Part shown: piece after piece, positions 27,911 through 38,040 of the stretch
How positions within the stretch are numbered: the first letter of the stretch is position 1
Layout: every line of letters starts with the position of its first letter
Virus record (IMG/VR): IMGVR_UViG_3300035670_000008
Span: 62,001 to 126,000 of that record
DNA length: 64,000 bases
Direction: 5' to 3' (one strand)
Made by a program: the position numbers and the translations under genes
Notes under the pieces: generated by a model
What the model was told of the DNA's origin: nothing
The model's database searches: none
The model's input: the letters and a program-made list of their open reading frames with translations, nothing else

Positions 27911-29269
27911 TTACATAATCCTGGAAGCTCGCTCCGCTAATGCTGACCGCTCGCCCTTGACTAGGGTGATATGGCCTGCCAGCGGGTCACTCTTCCAAGT
28001 GCTGATGGTATAGGCAAGACCATTGCTGTCTGCTTCTAGGTACGGGTCGTCGATTTGCTCGATGTCTCCTAGTAACACAACCTTCGTACCCTCACCAGCC
28101 CGACCGATGATAGTCTTCGCCTCTGCGGGGGTTAAATTGGCTGCTTCATCGATGATGATGAATTTGTTGTTGTAGGTGACCCCTCGAATATAAGCGAGGT
28201 GTTCGCATTGAACGTAGCCGCGCTCCACTAGATATTCGTGGGGCTTAATCGGCTCTTGCTTAGCGCCGGCCTGCTTCGTACTCAGCAACGCATCTAGGCA
28301 AGCGTAGAACGGTTTCATCCAAGGCTCGCTCTTCTCAGAAAGGTCGCCTGGTAGGAAGCCTTCCTTAACGCTGTGGTGGACGTACTTGCGGGCTATCAGA
28401 ATCTGGTCGTATAGCTTAAGGTCTAAGACCGCGTGTAATGCTCCTAGAAGCGTGATAAACGTCTTTCCCGTACCAAGAGACCCATTGATAGTTACAAGCG
28501 GGATGTCGGGGTCTAGAAGCAGCTCTAGAGCCATTTGCTGCTCTCGGTTGCGGGCTCCCTTTGAACCCAACAGCCGACTCCGGTCTGGAATTAAGCGCAC
28601 CTCCGACTCCCCATCGGCGGGGTACTTAACAATCCCCAGCGCGGCATGTTTAGAATCCTCTAAAGACTCTAGATAAAGCAACTCGTTCGGCTGCGCGTCC
28701 CCCTCAAAGTCTAGGATTTTCTCTTTGTAGAGCGTGTCCACAACAGCCCGCTCAACCTGAACCGCGCGGGTGCCTGTATATAAGTCAGTGATACTGACCT
28801 TATCACTCAAGTAATCCTCAACCCGGAGCCCCAAGACGTCTGCCTTCACCCGCAGGTTCAAATCCTTAGTCACTAGGATTACCGGCACTCCATTAGAATC
28901 TAACGACAACCACTTCGTTAATAACAGGAGCCGGTTGTCCGTCTTACTTAAATCAAGCGCGGGGGCTCCAAACCCTAACAAATCCGGCTCCAACGTACCA
29001 AAGTCCCGCGCGGTGGCTACTCTAACAGTCCCACCTTCAGAATTAACTGTAACCCCTTGAGGAGCACCCAAGTCGCCAAGCAACCGTAGCTCCTCCAAAG
29101 TACGGATAGCCTCCCGCGCGGCTACCCCAACCCCATTCCCCGACCGCTGCTTTAAAGTGTCTAACTCCTCAATGACATCCAAAGAGATGACCACCGAGTT
29201 GTCCTTGAAAGACAACACCGCGGCGGGGTCATGTATCAAAACGTTCGTGTCTAAAACAAAATGCTTCAC
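27911..29269 (-). CDS. phoH: PIN-PhoH (PhoH2/YlaK-like) protein
   Basis: VLDTNVL, EELD, DNR, VTKDLNLR; GSLGTGKT, GFLPG, RG, IIDEA, GDIEQID. Confidence 0.93.
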   Translation of the reverse strand: MKHFVLDTNVLIHDPAAVLSFKDNSVVISLDVIEELDTLKQRSGNGVGVAAREAIRTLEELRLLGDLGAPQGVTVNSEGGTVRVATARDFGTLEPDLLGFGAPALDLSKTDNRLLLLTKWLSLDSNGVPVILVTKDLNLRVKADVLGLRVEDYLSDKVSITDLYTGTRAVQVERAVVDTLYKEKILDFEGDAQPNELLYLESLEDSKHAALGIVKYPADGESEVRLIPDRSRLLGSKGARNREQQMALELLLDPDIPLVTINGSLGTGKTFITLLGALHAVLDLKLYDQILIARKYVHHSVKEGFLPGDLSEKSEPWMKPFYACLDALLSTKQAGAKQEPIKPHEYLVERGYVQCEHLAYIRGVTYNNKFIIIDEAANLTPAEAKTIIGRAGEGTKVVLLGDIEQIDDPYLEADSNGLAYTISTWKSDPLAGHITLVKGERSALAERASRIM

Positions 29270-29325
29270 TAGAGTAGTACCAAAGTTAATAAAGAGTCCA
29301 ACCTACGCGGCTACAAAGCTACAAA

Positions 29326-29640
29326 CTACTCCGTAGGCTCAGACTCCGCGGCCCCTTCCAAAGGAAGTAGCTTACTAGACGCCTTAAACACAACAGCCCG
29401 CCGCCCGGGGTGTACAACTAACTCCGCCGGACGAGTAGGAGAAGCAACCCCCCGCCGCGGGGCTCTCTTTATAACCTTAAATACACCAAAAGAATATAAA
29501 CGAACAGACTCCCCAGCTTGCAAAGCCTCCACTATTTGGTTTAGGGCGGTGTCTAACACCTGCTTACAGACAGAAGGCGCTACGCCAACCTCGGCGGCTA
29601 CCGAATCAACCAAAAGCTTACGATTTAGCATATATACCAA
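29326..29640 (-). CDS. hup: HU/IHF family DNA-binding protein
   Basis: L..GESV.L..FG.F....RAPR.G..P....FK. Confidence 0.9.
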   Translation of the reverse strand: MVYMLNRKLLVDSVAAEVGVAPSVCKQVLDTALNQIVEALQAGESVRLYSFGVFKVIKRAPRRGVASPTRPAELVVHPGRRAVVFKASSKLLPLEGAAESEPTE

Positions 29641-29812
29641 TGGAAAATAGAAGAACTAATAGCAGTATAGCTTAGTAGTCGGGGCTGGGGTATGGGTGGA
29701 AGGGGGCTTAAAAGGAGGCTAAAAAACATTAAAGTAGAAATGGATTAGTCCATTTCTACTTCAGTAGCGCAAAAGAGATTAAGTTTATAGGAATAACTGC
29801 TAGTTTTCGGTA

Positions 29813-29827
29813 GGTATAGGGGAAAAT
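29813..29827 (+). repeat. 15-bp direct repeat, copy 1 (GGTATAGGGGAAAAT)
   Basis: Identical to 60083-60097. Confidence 0.85.
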
Positions 29828-29922
29828 TAGTACAGCTCCGCGCATACCCCAAACCCGCTCTGTGAACCACCTTCAGCTATTATATATATAGCACACTATA
29901 CTACTCAACACAACATCATACA

Positions 29923-30031
<109 letters not shown>

Positions 30032-30363
30032 CAGCTCCGAGGGGATGGAGCCTGGTGTAATTTATGCGGCTGTTAGTCCCAATTTTGTCAACAACAGCCT
30101 AACATTAGCAATAGCTTGTTGACTAGTCATTCTCAATAAATAGGTCAAAAACCACTATTTGATTAAAAAAGACGGTTTGTTATTGACATTCACTCTCAAT
30201 AAGGGCATAAAAAGTACTTATTTTAGCCAGTTGGGGGAGGAAAAGGGGGTGGTTGGGGCAGGCTTTGGGGGGTTTTGCTAAAGGTCGGTGTTTTATAGGG
30301 GTCAAAAACAGACTTTGGGTAGTAAAAAGGGGGTAACTAGCGGAGCTAGCTACCTATCCTTAT

Positions 30364-31539
30364 TTATATGGCCAGGAACAGTAACAGGAGGGGTCGATTC
30401 TCTTGGTCGGGGATAACGACCGTAATAGCCAGCCCGATGAGGGCATAGATGAAAGCGACCCCACCTAGGAGTATCATCCCTTGGATGAGCATACCTACAC
30501 TACAGCAAGCCGCGGCTAGGCGCTTCTGGCGTTGGGTAGGCACGGGCAGGGGCTTCTCTGGGTTGACGAAGAGGATATGCAGCATTACGGCGCCTATGCA
30601 GACTGCAATTCCAATACAAGCGGCAGCGGCGGGGTTATTCAGGTCACTGGGTTTAGTAGTTACCCAGTTCTGCATTAATTCCCCCAGCATGGTCTTGCCG
30701 GTCATCGTTCCCCAGAGTAGGATAGCGCCTACTGACCAGCCCTCTAGGAAGGCTTCCTGGTGTCCGTAGGCTATTTGAGTCTGCTGGGCTCCGATGCACC
30801 GGCTAGCCGTAGCTACGCTTAAGCCAGGGCTACACCAGACGATGAACCACGACCAGCAAGACCACCAGATACCAGCTAACCCCGGGTCGAAGGCGTTCTC
30901 TTCGGGGTCGAAGTTGGAGCTTTTGTGGCGGGCGCCACTATTCTGAGGTCTAGCTCGAAAGCCGGAGGCGATCGCTAGCCCGAGGATGGTAGCTACGGCG
31001 GGGTTGAAGTCTCCCCCGGTTACTTGAGTAATGAGCCGGTTGACGAAGGCTAAGAGTAACCCAGTACCCCCAACGCGGGTGACTGCCTCGAAGGACGACC
31101 GGTTGGGGGACTCCCCGTTCTCTACGACCCAGGCTAGGGTCAGGAGAATGGGAATGTTCACGTACCAGGGTATCTGAAAGGGAGCCGAGGGTATCTTGTA
31201 GGCGATTAGGAAGCCGCCCAGATACATAACAAACCTAGCCAGCATGTATATCTTGGTTAGGTTCGCCCGGTTGGGTATAGGAGACTGAACGGCTGGGTCG
31301 GCAGCGATGTAACTGTATTGGAAGTCGCTGGAGATATCCTGCATCTCTAAGGCAACGGCTCCCATACCGGCGGCTAGATACATCGCAAAGCCGAGTAGAG
31401 GGTTCTCTAAGGCGGCTCCGAGTATCCCGGCGGTATATTTGTTAACTAAGCCTAGCCGACCCGCTAGGTAGGTTATAACGGTGATTACAACGCAGATAGT
31501 AACTAATACGGCGTTGAACCCAGGATACTGGTCGCTCAT
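30364..31539 (-). CDS. Polytopic membrane protein
   Basis: Roughly 10 hydrophobic segments. Confidence 0.75.
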   Translation of the reverse strand: MSDQYPGFNAVLVTICVVITVITYLAGRLGLVNKYTAGILGAALENPLLGFAMYLAAGMGAVALEMQDISSDFQYSYIAADPAVQSPIPNRANLTKIYMLARFVMYLGGFLIAYKIPSAPFQIPWYVNIPILLTLAWVVENGESPNRSSFEAVTRVGGTGLLLAFVNRLITQVTGGDFNPAVATILGLAIASGFRARPQNSGARHKSSNFDPEENAFDPGLAGIWWSCWSWFIVWCSPGLSVATASRCIGAQQTQIAYGHQEAFLEGWSVGAILLWGTMTGKTMLGELMQNWVTTKPSDLNNPAAAACIGIAVCIGAVMLHILFVNPEKPLPVPTQRQKRLAAACCSVGMLIQGMILLGGVAFIYALIGLAITVVIPDQENRPLLLLFLAI

Positions 31540-31559
31540 GGTAAGAGTCCTCTTATAAT

Positions 31560-31910
31560 TTAATGACAGCTAATGAGGTCTTCTACATCCATTGGGTTGC
31601 CTCCTGGTCTGACTAAGCAGGTGTGGGTGGAGGTCTTTAAGGTTGTAGAGCCCTCGGGGGCGACGATGTCTGCTCGGATTAATTCACCCTCAACTATCAG
31701 CGCATCTTGTACCTCTAATCCCACAGCGCCAGAGTAGCGGGCTGGGTCTTCAGAGTGATAGCGGGTTCCATTAATAGATACTGAGTCAGACGACACGCCG
31801 GTGATTGTCCCGTAGGGGATTCGTTCGTAGTTGGCGGTGCAGCTACTTAATCCGCCCGCTAAGCCGATTATTAGCAGCGGGGCGGTAATAAACCGTAAAT
31901 GTTTCTGCAT
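31560..31910 (-). CDS. Putative lipoprotein
   Basis: Signal peptide ending in lipobox-like LSSC. Confidence 0.6.
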   Translation of the reverse strand: MQKHLRFITAPLLIIGLAGGLSSCTANYERIPYGTITGVSSDSVSINGTRYHSEDPARYSGAVGLEVQDALIVEGELIRADIVAPEGSTTLKTSTHTCLVRPGGNPMDVEDLISCH

Positions 31911-32097
31911 ATTTAGGCATCCCTTCTATATCGCATGGCTTGCCTTGAATGATAAGACAGTTCTCCCCACAGCGTTCAGGATTGGTTACCTGGACGGATG
32001 TGGGGGTCATGTCATCAAAACTCCCGTAGCCACCCTTAGCTAGGCTAAAGGCGGCTAGGTTCAAGGCGACGGTTATGGAGAATAGGACTACACGCAT
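31843..32097 (-). CDS. Small secreted/membrane protein
   Basis: N-terminal signal-like segment. Confidence 0.5.
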   Translation of the reverse strand: MRVVLFSITVALNLAAFSLAKGGYGSFDDMTPTSVQVTNPERCGENCLIIQGKPCDIEGMPKYAETFTVYYRPAANNRLSGRIK

Positions 32098-32120
32098 AAG
32101 GCTCTACCATTCGGCTTGCC

Positions 32121-32717
32121 TTATGCTTTTTTCACTAGCTCCTTGCGTGCGGTGGGAGCTTCGCGGTCCATGGCGAAGTAACTGGCGAGCTCGCTAACCT
32201 CCAGGATAGGGATGCCTTGCCCACGGCATTGAATGAGCTTAGGATACTTCAGCTCATGCAACAACCGTCCACCTACGTGCGGGGGCGCATGGCGGCGGGT
32301 TGTTCCATCTTTACGACGCTTCGTGAACAAGTGTTCACAACCCCAATCCATCACCAGCTCATCCTTGTAGTGCCAGCGGCGATACTGCCCATTAATCCAC
32401 AGGTTAGCTTCGTCGAGTATCTTGTAGTTCGACTCCACGCGTCGGCTGGGGGTGCTAATGTTAGCTACCCGCCGGGGCTGTCCTGGGATAAGCACATCAA
32501 TCATCAGAGTGTCGAAGCGCTTACCCAACTCGTCATCTACCTCGAAGACGTCCTGGATGATGTCAGGCTCGTTGAGTAAGTAGAACGAGCTTGCCTCTAC
32601 CAACAGACTCACCGGAGTGAAGTCCCAGGCGGTGGGATAGTGACGCTGTAGCACCTGCCGACAGACGTCGGAATCTAAGGCACGAGCTTTGAGTACTTTG
32701 CCGATGTAAACTTCCAT
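32121..32717 (-). CDS. Hypothetical protein
   Basis: AAGGAGG RBS; class II motif upstream. Confidence 0.75.
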   Translation of the reverse strand: MEVYIGKVLKARALDSDVCRQVLQRHYPTAWDFTPVSLLVEASSFYLLNEPDIIQDVFEVDDELGKRFDTLMIDVLIPGQPRRVANISTPSRRVESNYKILDEANLWINGQYRRWHYKDELVMDWGCEHLFTKRRKDGTTRRHAPPHVGGRLLHELKYPKLIQCRGQGIPILEVSELASYFAMDREAPTARKELVKKA

Positions 32718-33214
32718 CTGGAAGCCTCCTTATTTATTGATTAGTTCTTCTTTCTCTCTGCTTTTTTCCCCGTATTATCGGAGCTACGCCCATCAAGTCT
32801 CGGAGCTACTGCCTGGTCGCATCTACGTTGGCGTTGTATGCAGTGGGGCTAGCCGACTTATCCTCCAGTAGACTTCCGCTTCGCTTCAATCTACTGCCTA
32901 AGCTTCGTCAGTCGGCTCCTCCGCTTCGCTCCGGCACCTCCTTCCTCCAATAAGTTGTACACCCGACTGCCAACGAGGCGGCGCCTCATTAACAGTCTGA
33001 ACACCTAGGGCGGAGCCCGTGTAAAGCAACCACCTATGTTCAGTAGACTTCCGCTTCGCTTCAGCCTACTAAACCCTACTTTTCAGCAGTCGGTACCTCC
33101 GGTACCAACTCCTACTTAAGAAAGGTTAATATTATTCATACATTTATTATGATAATACTATTACTCCGGTCCCTATATATTAGGTTTTGATGGGAGACTG
33201 AGGTTTAAGTTCCG

Positions 33215-33260
33215 GGTTTCACATGAAACCGGGTTTAAGTTCCGGGTTTCATGTGAAACC
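33215..33260. promoter_or_regulatory. Two parS-like palindromes in a 30-bp tandem repeat
   Basis: GGTTTCACATGAAACC and GGTTTCATGTGAAACC vs canonical TGTTTCACGTGAAACA. Confidence 0.6.
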
Positions 33261-33385
33261 CGAGTCTCATACGTGACACCGACGTTAAAGGTTAAACATA
33301 TATTACTTTATTTTACTCATTAATATAGCACGATTAGTCCAACCGTGCTATATTAATATTAAATCTTCGTTACTTTAATCATAGC

Positions 33386-34033
33386 ATGAATAACCCTGAG
33401 TTGTTTGACCAAATGCTGCCTCATGTCATAGAGATGGCTAAAGGACATCGTATTATTATTGTTGCGCAACGCCAGGTATTAGAGCGCCAACGGGCGTTAG
33501 GCGGGCTCTTTATTCAATATAAGGAACAGTGGAACCTTACTAAGGGTACTAGCACCAGAACTTGGAAAAAGGATGAATTACCTAGTTTATGTAAGCAGCT
33601 AGCTGAAGCTGCCGGTGTTAGTCCTGGTGCGTCAGGAGCTTTGTTGTCTGTGTCGTCTGTATATCGATATGAAGACATTTATAAATATTGGCAGGTAATA
33701 GTCGACCGTCAGTGGACAGGATTATCTTGTACCCGAATTGCTTTCAACTTGAGTAAACTTAAGAAGGGGCAGCATATACCTGATGACTATATATCTGAGT
33801 CTGAGGTAGAGAACAAACTAAAACAGCAAAGGAACATGAGATCAAATCAACTCGTTGAAGCTACTATGGATTACGCTAGAGACCTACAAAATCAGCTAGA
33901 CGAGCTCCAATCTAAGTATGACGAAGCTCAAGTCCGGCTTACTGAAATAGCTAAGCTAAAAGCTGAGCTGGCACTCAGAGACTCTCTACTAAGAAAGAAC
34001 AACATCCCTGTGCCTGTCTATACCCCTGAGTGA
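33386..34033 (+). CDS. Putative DNA-binding coiled-coil protein
   Basis: HTH-like LSVSSVYRY, C-terminal heptads; preceded by inverted repeat TAATATAGCACG/CGTGCTATATTA. Confidence 0.6.
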   Translation: MNNPELFDQMLPHVIEMAKGHRIIIVAQRQVLERQRALGGLFIQYKEQWNLTKGTSTRTWKKDELPSLCKQLAEAAGVSPGASGALLSVSSVYRYEDIYKYWQVIVDRQWTGLSCTRIAFNLSKLKKGQHIPDDYISESEVENKLKQQRNMRSNQLVEATMDYARDLQNQLDELQSKYDEAQVRLTEIAKLKAELALRDSLLRKNNIPVPVYTPE

Positions 34034-34050
34034 GAATCTTCCAGTTAGCT

Positions 34051-34083
34051 AAAAAGTTGTCCAGAGTTGCGGACAACTTTTTT
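34051..34083. terminator. Bidirectional terminator
   Basis: AAAAAGTTGTCC...GGACAACTTTTT. Confidence 0.85.
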
Positions 34084-34175
34084 AACGTATCCTAATCATT
34101 CGTGTAGTAAAAAGGGGGCGCCAGCCGAAGCTAGAACCTAGACTAGGAGTCTAGAATCTAACTTCGAGCTAGTGC

Positions 34176-34931
34176 CTACACGCGGGGACGACCAGCAGCT
34201 AGCGGCTCCACAGAGGGAGCTGCAACGGCGCGGCTACGGTCAAGACCGGTGTCACCAGAAGCGATGATGTCCACGGCGTCGGCGATACGCTCTACGATGC
34301 CACCAGTGGTGGTACCGATGAGGTGCATGCCAACCCATCCAATCTCCTGAATGCCGATGGTTTCCTCACCCGTTTTGGGGTTTGTCCGCACCGTGTAGAA
34401 GAATTGGAATTTTGAGCTGGTATCCTTGGCGGTCAAGTACAACCGCTTTTTGGAATTCGGTTTTGCGCCAGGTGAGGCTACGGCAGTGTCGTACTGCTGC
34501 GTACCCATACTTTTCCAAAGCGCTTCGTAGCGAATTAACGCTTCGAGCTCCTCTGGAGTAATGTAACCAGCGCGAACCAATGCCAAGTCAAAGCGTAGCT
34601 CCGGCGAGTAGTGCCCTTTCAACCACGACTGTCCGGGTGCTAAGTCAACTCGTCCGGTTTGCATGGGGACAAGTTGAAACTTGTCGTCCATAATGCCCCG
34701 GACTTTTAACTTAGCTGCGACATACTCTTCTCCCGTCGAGATATCCTTGCGGATGGACGGGGCAGTAAGTTCCACGGACACTGACCGGTTGAGGAACAGT
34801 TCACCTCCGATTTGGTGTTTCTGCCAGCCCGTGCGGGCTTGGTCTACAAAGATCTCGGGTACCTGACGGTACACGGAATCACTGCAGGAACGGAGGAACA
34901 GGGTGGTTTGGGGGGCGGTAGGTTGGTTCAT
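34176..34931 (-). CDS. Hypothetical protein
   Basis: AGGAGG RBS; class II motif at 34971-34986. Confidence 0.8.
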   Translation of the reverse strand: MNQPTAPQTTLFLRSCSDSVYRQVPEIFVDQARTGWQKHQIGGELFLNRSVSVELTAPSIRKDISTGEEYVAAKLKVRGIMDDKFQLVPMQTGRVDLAPGQSWLKGHYSPELRFDLALVRAGYITPEELEALIRYEALWKSMGTQQYDTAVASPGAKPNSKKRLYLTAKDTSSKFQFFYTVRTNPKTGEETIGIQEIGWVGMHLIGTTTGGIVERIADAVDIIASGDTGLDRSRAVAAPSVEPLAAGRPRV

Positions 34932-35250
34932 GGTGTAATAAGCCTCCTAGGGCTAAATTTATTCACTCCTTCCGCTCTTTTCCCCGTTTTATTGGGGCTA
35001 ACCAGCCTACACTCGATAGCACCTCAGGAACTCCTCGGGCTGTACCTGGAGCCAGATGTGGAAATGGCTGTGTCTAACATAAATGGCACCTCCGGCTTTA
35101 TACCAGTTGACGCGGCGACCGGAGGCTCTGTCCGTAGCAGTCTGCAAAGGGAGTTCTAACATGGAAACCTCTATAAGTACGTGTAGCAAAAAACCCCCAG
35201 AACCTAGATTTGAACCTAGATTCCGGGGGCGTTAGTCAAGTAGGAAACTT

Positions 35251-35619
35251 CTAGCGGCGGCTGGCTAGCTCGGTAATCTGCAGCTGCAGCTCACCGATTT
35301 TGGCTTCAGCTTCGCGGGCTAGCCGAGCATACTCACCAGCAAGGCGCTGCTGCTCATAACGCTCTTTGAGGAGCTGCTGCAGCTTGCCGTCGTCGGTAAG
35401 CGCCTCGAACTGGTTGAGGATTTCAGCAGACGGAATGAACCGCTTCTTCAAATCCTCTTCGATTGCCTCCACGAACTCGTAGGTATCTTTCAACCCCGAG
35501 TGGAGGGTCTGCCGAAGCAGTTTGGTTGCGCCGAGCTTTTCGCCCTTCGCAACCAGCTCGATGGCTTGAGCAAGTAAATCGTTAGACATACAGTTCTCTC
35601 CTGGTTTGGGTAAGGGCAT
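35251..35619 (-). CDS. Protein with ribosomal L7/L12 C-terminal-like motif (start probably 35589)
   Basis: KLGATKLLRQTLHSGLKDTYEFVE resembles KI.AIK.VR..TGLGLKEAK..VE. Confidence 0.55.
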   Translation of the reverse strand: MPLPKPGENCMSNDLLAQAIELVAKGEKLGATKLLRQTLHSGLKDTYEFVEAIEEDLKKRFIPSAEILNQFEALTDDGKLQQLLKERYEQQRLAGEYARLAREAEAKIGELQLQITELASRR

Positions 35620-36394
35620 ACTCGATTAACTCAACTAGCCGAGGGATATCGTCCGCATCCACCCAAGCAACGTCGTCGTTATGCGGGTAGACCTCCCAGC
35701 AGGCGGTTCCACTGTCGTGGAGCTCGCCAAAGGGGTCATACAACACGGACGCCTCCCCGCCTGTCCCATCTGTGATGAGAAGGCGGACTTCGGCAGTGCG
35801 GTGTGATAACACACTGACCGACCAGCCCGCTTTCATCGGTATAGGTGGGGAGGGAGGACACCGCCGCTCAGGCTCGCGGACGTTGAGGTAGACCTTGGGA
35901 GTCTCCTCCTCTTCTAGGTTGGAGAGGTAGATGTCGAGGTTGGCCTGGTCAGCCTGCCGTTGGAGCTCCTTTTCCAAGGCATCCCAATTGGCTTTCTTGG
36001 CTGCCTCGGCGAGCTGCTCCTCGTAAGCTTCGCGGTCGAGCTCCGCCAGGTATTCCCACTCGGAGAGTTGCTCCTCGTCTTGCAGAAGCCCCTCCTTCCG
36101 CAGCGATTGCTCCTCCTCGAGGTGAGCAGCCCACTCGGGGTCCCAGTAGGGACTGTCCTCACCGTACTCGGTCGGTAGCTCTTCCTCCTCGCAGGAGTAA
36201 TCCCACTCGGGAGGCTGCCCGTAGTTTTCAGCCCAGCCTGTCTCACCAAGCATCAACTGCCCGGCAATGAACTGAGCTAATAACTGAGGAAAGCTAAACG
36301 CCTCCGAACGGTCGTCCGACCAAATGTGCTCAGCACAATTAGTCAGATATTGACAGTCAGGGCCATTACCGTTGTGGTGGCGGATTATAAACAT
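35582..36394 (-). CDS. Highly acidic hypothetical protein
   Basis: AAGGAG RBS; Glu/Asp-rich core. Confidence 0.7.
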   Translation of the reverse strand: MFIIRHHNGNGPDCQYLTNCAEHIWSDDRSEAFSFPQLLAQFIAGQLMLGETGWAENYGQPPEWDYSCEEEELPTEYGEDSPYWDPEWAAHLEEEQSLRKEGLLQDEEQLSEWEYLAELDREAYEEQLAEAAKKANWDALEKELQRQADQANLDIYLSNLEEEETPKVYLNVREPERRCPPSPPIPMKAGWSVSVLSHRTAEVRLLITDGTGGEASVLYDPFGELHDSGTACWEVYPHNDDVAWVDADDIPRLVELIEYALTQTRRELYV

Positions 36395-36427
36395 TACTGT
36401 TCTCCTTTATTTTGGTTAGTGGGTAAA

Positions 36428-36613
36428 AGGTGTAGGTGGGCTTGAACCACCAAGACTCACGGATGACTAGTCCGCTAACAGCTTATTGCAATCTAGTTTC
36501 CACGCCTGCCGATCTGTACGTGGCGCCGGGAATTACCCTCTTACTACGGGAGTCACTCCGCAGCTAGGACAACTAGATTACTCACCGTCCTTACCAATTG
36601 GACGTATGCACCA
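36428..36613 (-). ncRNA. tRNA-like structured RNA with ~115-nt insert in place of the anticodon arm
   Basis: D arm GTCC-AATTGGTAA-GGAC, T arm GGTGG-TTCAAGC-CCACC, imperfect acceptor GGTGCA/TACACC, internal TAATCTAGTT/AACTAGATTG stem. Confidence 0.55.
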
Positions 36614-36742
36614 TCTGCATAACGCGGCACTATCCCCTATGCAGTCTCGGGGCGCCGAATGATACCAGTTTTAAGTCATGAGTGTCATGGACTATAACCC
36701 AGGAGCCATTGCCGAAGCAAGAGGACTATCCTGGGGCGGAGT

Positions 36743-37003
36743 TTAATTGTCCCAGATGTGTTTGGTTTCACCAAGGGCGGCGATAGGGTCGTCATCGCGG
36801 TGGTTAGCGATGTAACGACCGCGGTCGCGGTTGCGTAGGTGAACACCATACTCAGCCATCAACTCTTCGTTGAGGTCATCGACCTCAGCTCGAGCTCGTA
36901 GCTGCGAGTACGTCTGGGGACGTTGTAGAGACCCACCCGGATGTGCCTGCTGGGCGCGGCGGGTCTCCATAATTGAAGGGTAGCTTCGGCGTGTGCGTGC
37001 CAT
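36743..37003 (-). CDS. Small basic hypothetical protein
   Basis: AAGGAGG RBS. Confidence 0.7.
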   Translation of the reverse strand: MARTRRSYPSIMETRRAQQAHPGGSLQRPQTYSQLRARAEVDDLNEELMAEYGVHLRNRDRGRYIANHRDDDPIAALGETKHIWDN

Positions 37004-37222
37004 AGGCTAGTTACCCTCCTTGAACATAAGGTCTATCACCTCGGCGGTGCATAAACCAAAACAGACGAGTAAGAAGAAGAATATTAACATATCCATACCT
37101 TCATTCAACGCTCCTTCCGCTCTTTTGTACTTAATATATAAGCTAGCTGTCGGAGCAAATGGAATACCCCCAAAACAGAAGCTCTGGGGGTATAATGGTA
37201 GTGCCGTCTACCAAATACACAT

Positions 37223-38032
37223 ATGACGTTTGACTCCATTGTAACAGAGATTCAAGCTTTTATCACCGAGCTCGGTGTTGAGCCTGATGGCACATCATAT
37301 ATGGGTGCCTCACCTTTATCTACTATGTGCGGCGTGTCTCGCCAAGCTCTTTTAGATAAACGCTCATCCTCTCTAGGAATTTTTGCTCGTATCTTGTCAG
37401 GGAAAAACCTTCCAGAATGCTTGGAACCCTTTGCTGGCTTCAATTATTGGTTGTCAGGGAAGGTACCAGACAGTTTAGCCTCTGCCGTTATTTATTACTA
37501 CGCTGTAGAAGCTCGTAAGCCGTCACGTAAAGCTAAACAGGTTCTTCAAGCTCTGATCGGGAAGACTGTTAAGGATTTTATTACAGCTGCCTGCGTTGGC
37601 GTGGTATCTGATAACTCTCCAAAAACTCTTCCAGCTCGTATAACGCACGAGAGCTTTAAGAACTATATCTATAGCTTTGACCGTCCTTTGTTAGGCGCGG
37701 AGTTAGCTAACTATTTTAACGTTACGGTTTCTACCGCCCGTGACTGGGCCAATAAGCTTGAGGCTCAAGGCTTGATTACTAAAATCAAGATTAAGTCTAC
37801 AGGTCAGGTAGTCTTTGGTTACTGCAAACCTGGTATAGACCCTGACAGCGCGATCGACACATACTTTCCGGCTACCATAGTTGAGGTTAATGATTTAACT
37901 TCTCAGACTACGCCAGATGTAGCTACACCACCTAGCACCTTTTATAAAGACTTTCTTGAGTTCATCAACCGCTACGAAATATCCAGTAGCACTAAGCTGA
38001 AACTCTTGGAAGTTGCTATCACAGGCGCTTAG
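37223..38032 (+). CDS. Putative DNA-binding regulator (N-domain shared with 60393-61226, plus winged HTH)
   Basis: GAELANYFNVTVSTARDWANKLEAQGLI; TATAAT upstream. Confidence 0.65.
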   Translation: MTFDSIVTEIQAFITELGVEPDGTSYMGASPLSTMCGVSRQALLDKRSSSLGIFARILSGKNLPECLEPFAGFNYWLSGKVPDSLASAVIYYYAVEARKPSRKAKQVLQALIGKTVKDFITAACVGVVSDNSPKTLPARITHESFKNYIYSFDRPLLGAELANYFNVTVSTARDWANKLEAQGLITKIKIKSTGQVVFGYCKPGIDPDSAIDTYFPATIVEVNDLTSQTTPDVATPPSTFYKDFLEFINRYEISSSTKLKLLEVAITGA

Positions 38033-38040
38033 ACGGAGGA

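Noticed and set aside
36428-36613. tmRNA or intron-containing tRNA
   Set aside because: It has a D stem, no evident tag ORF, and the insert is too short with no group I core recognised.
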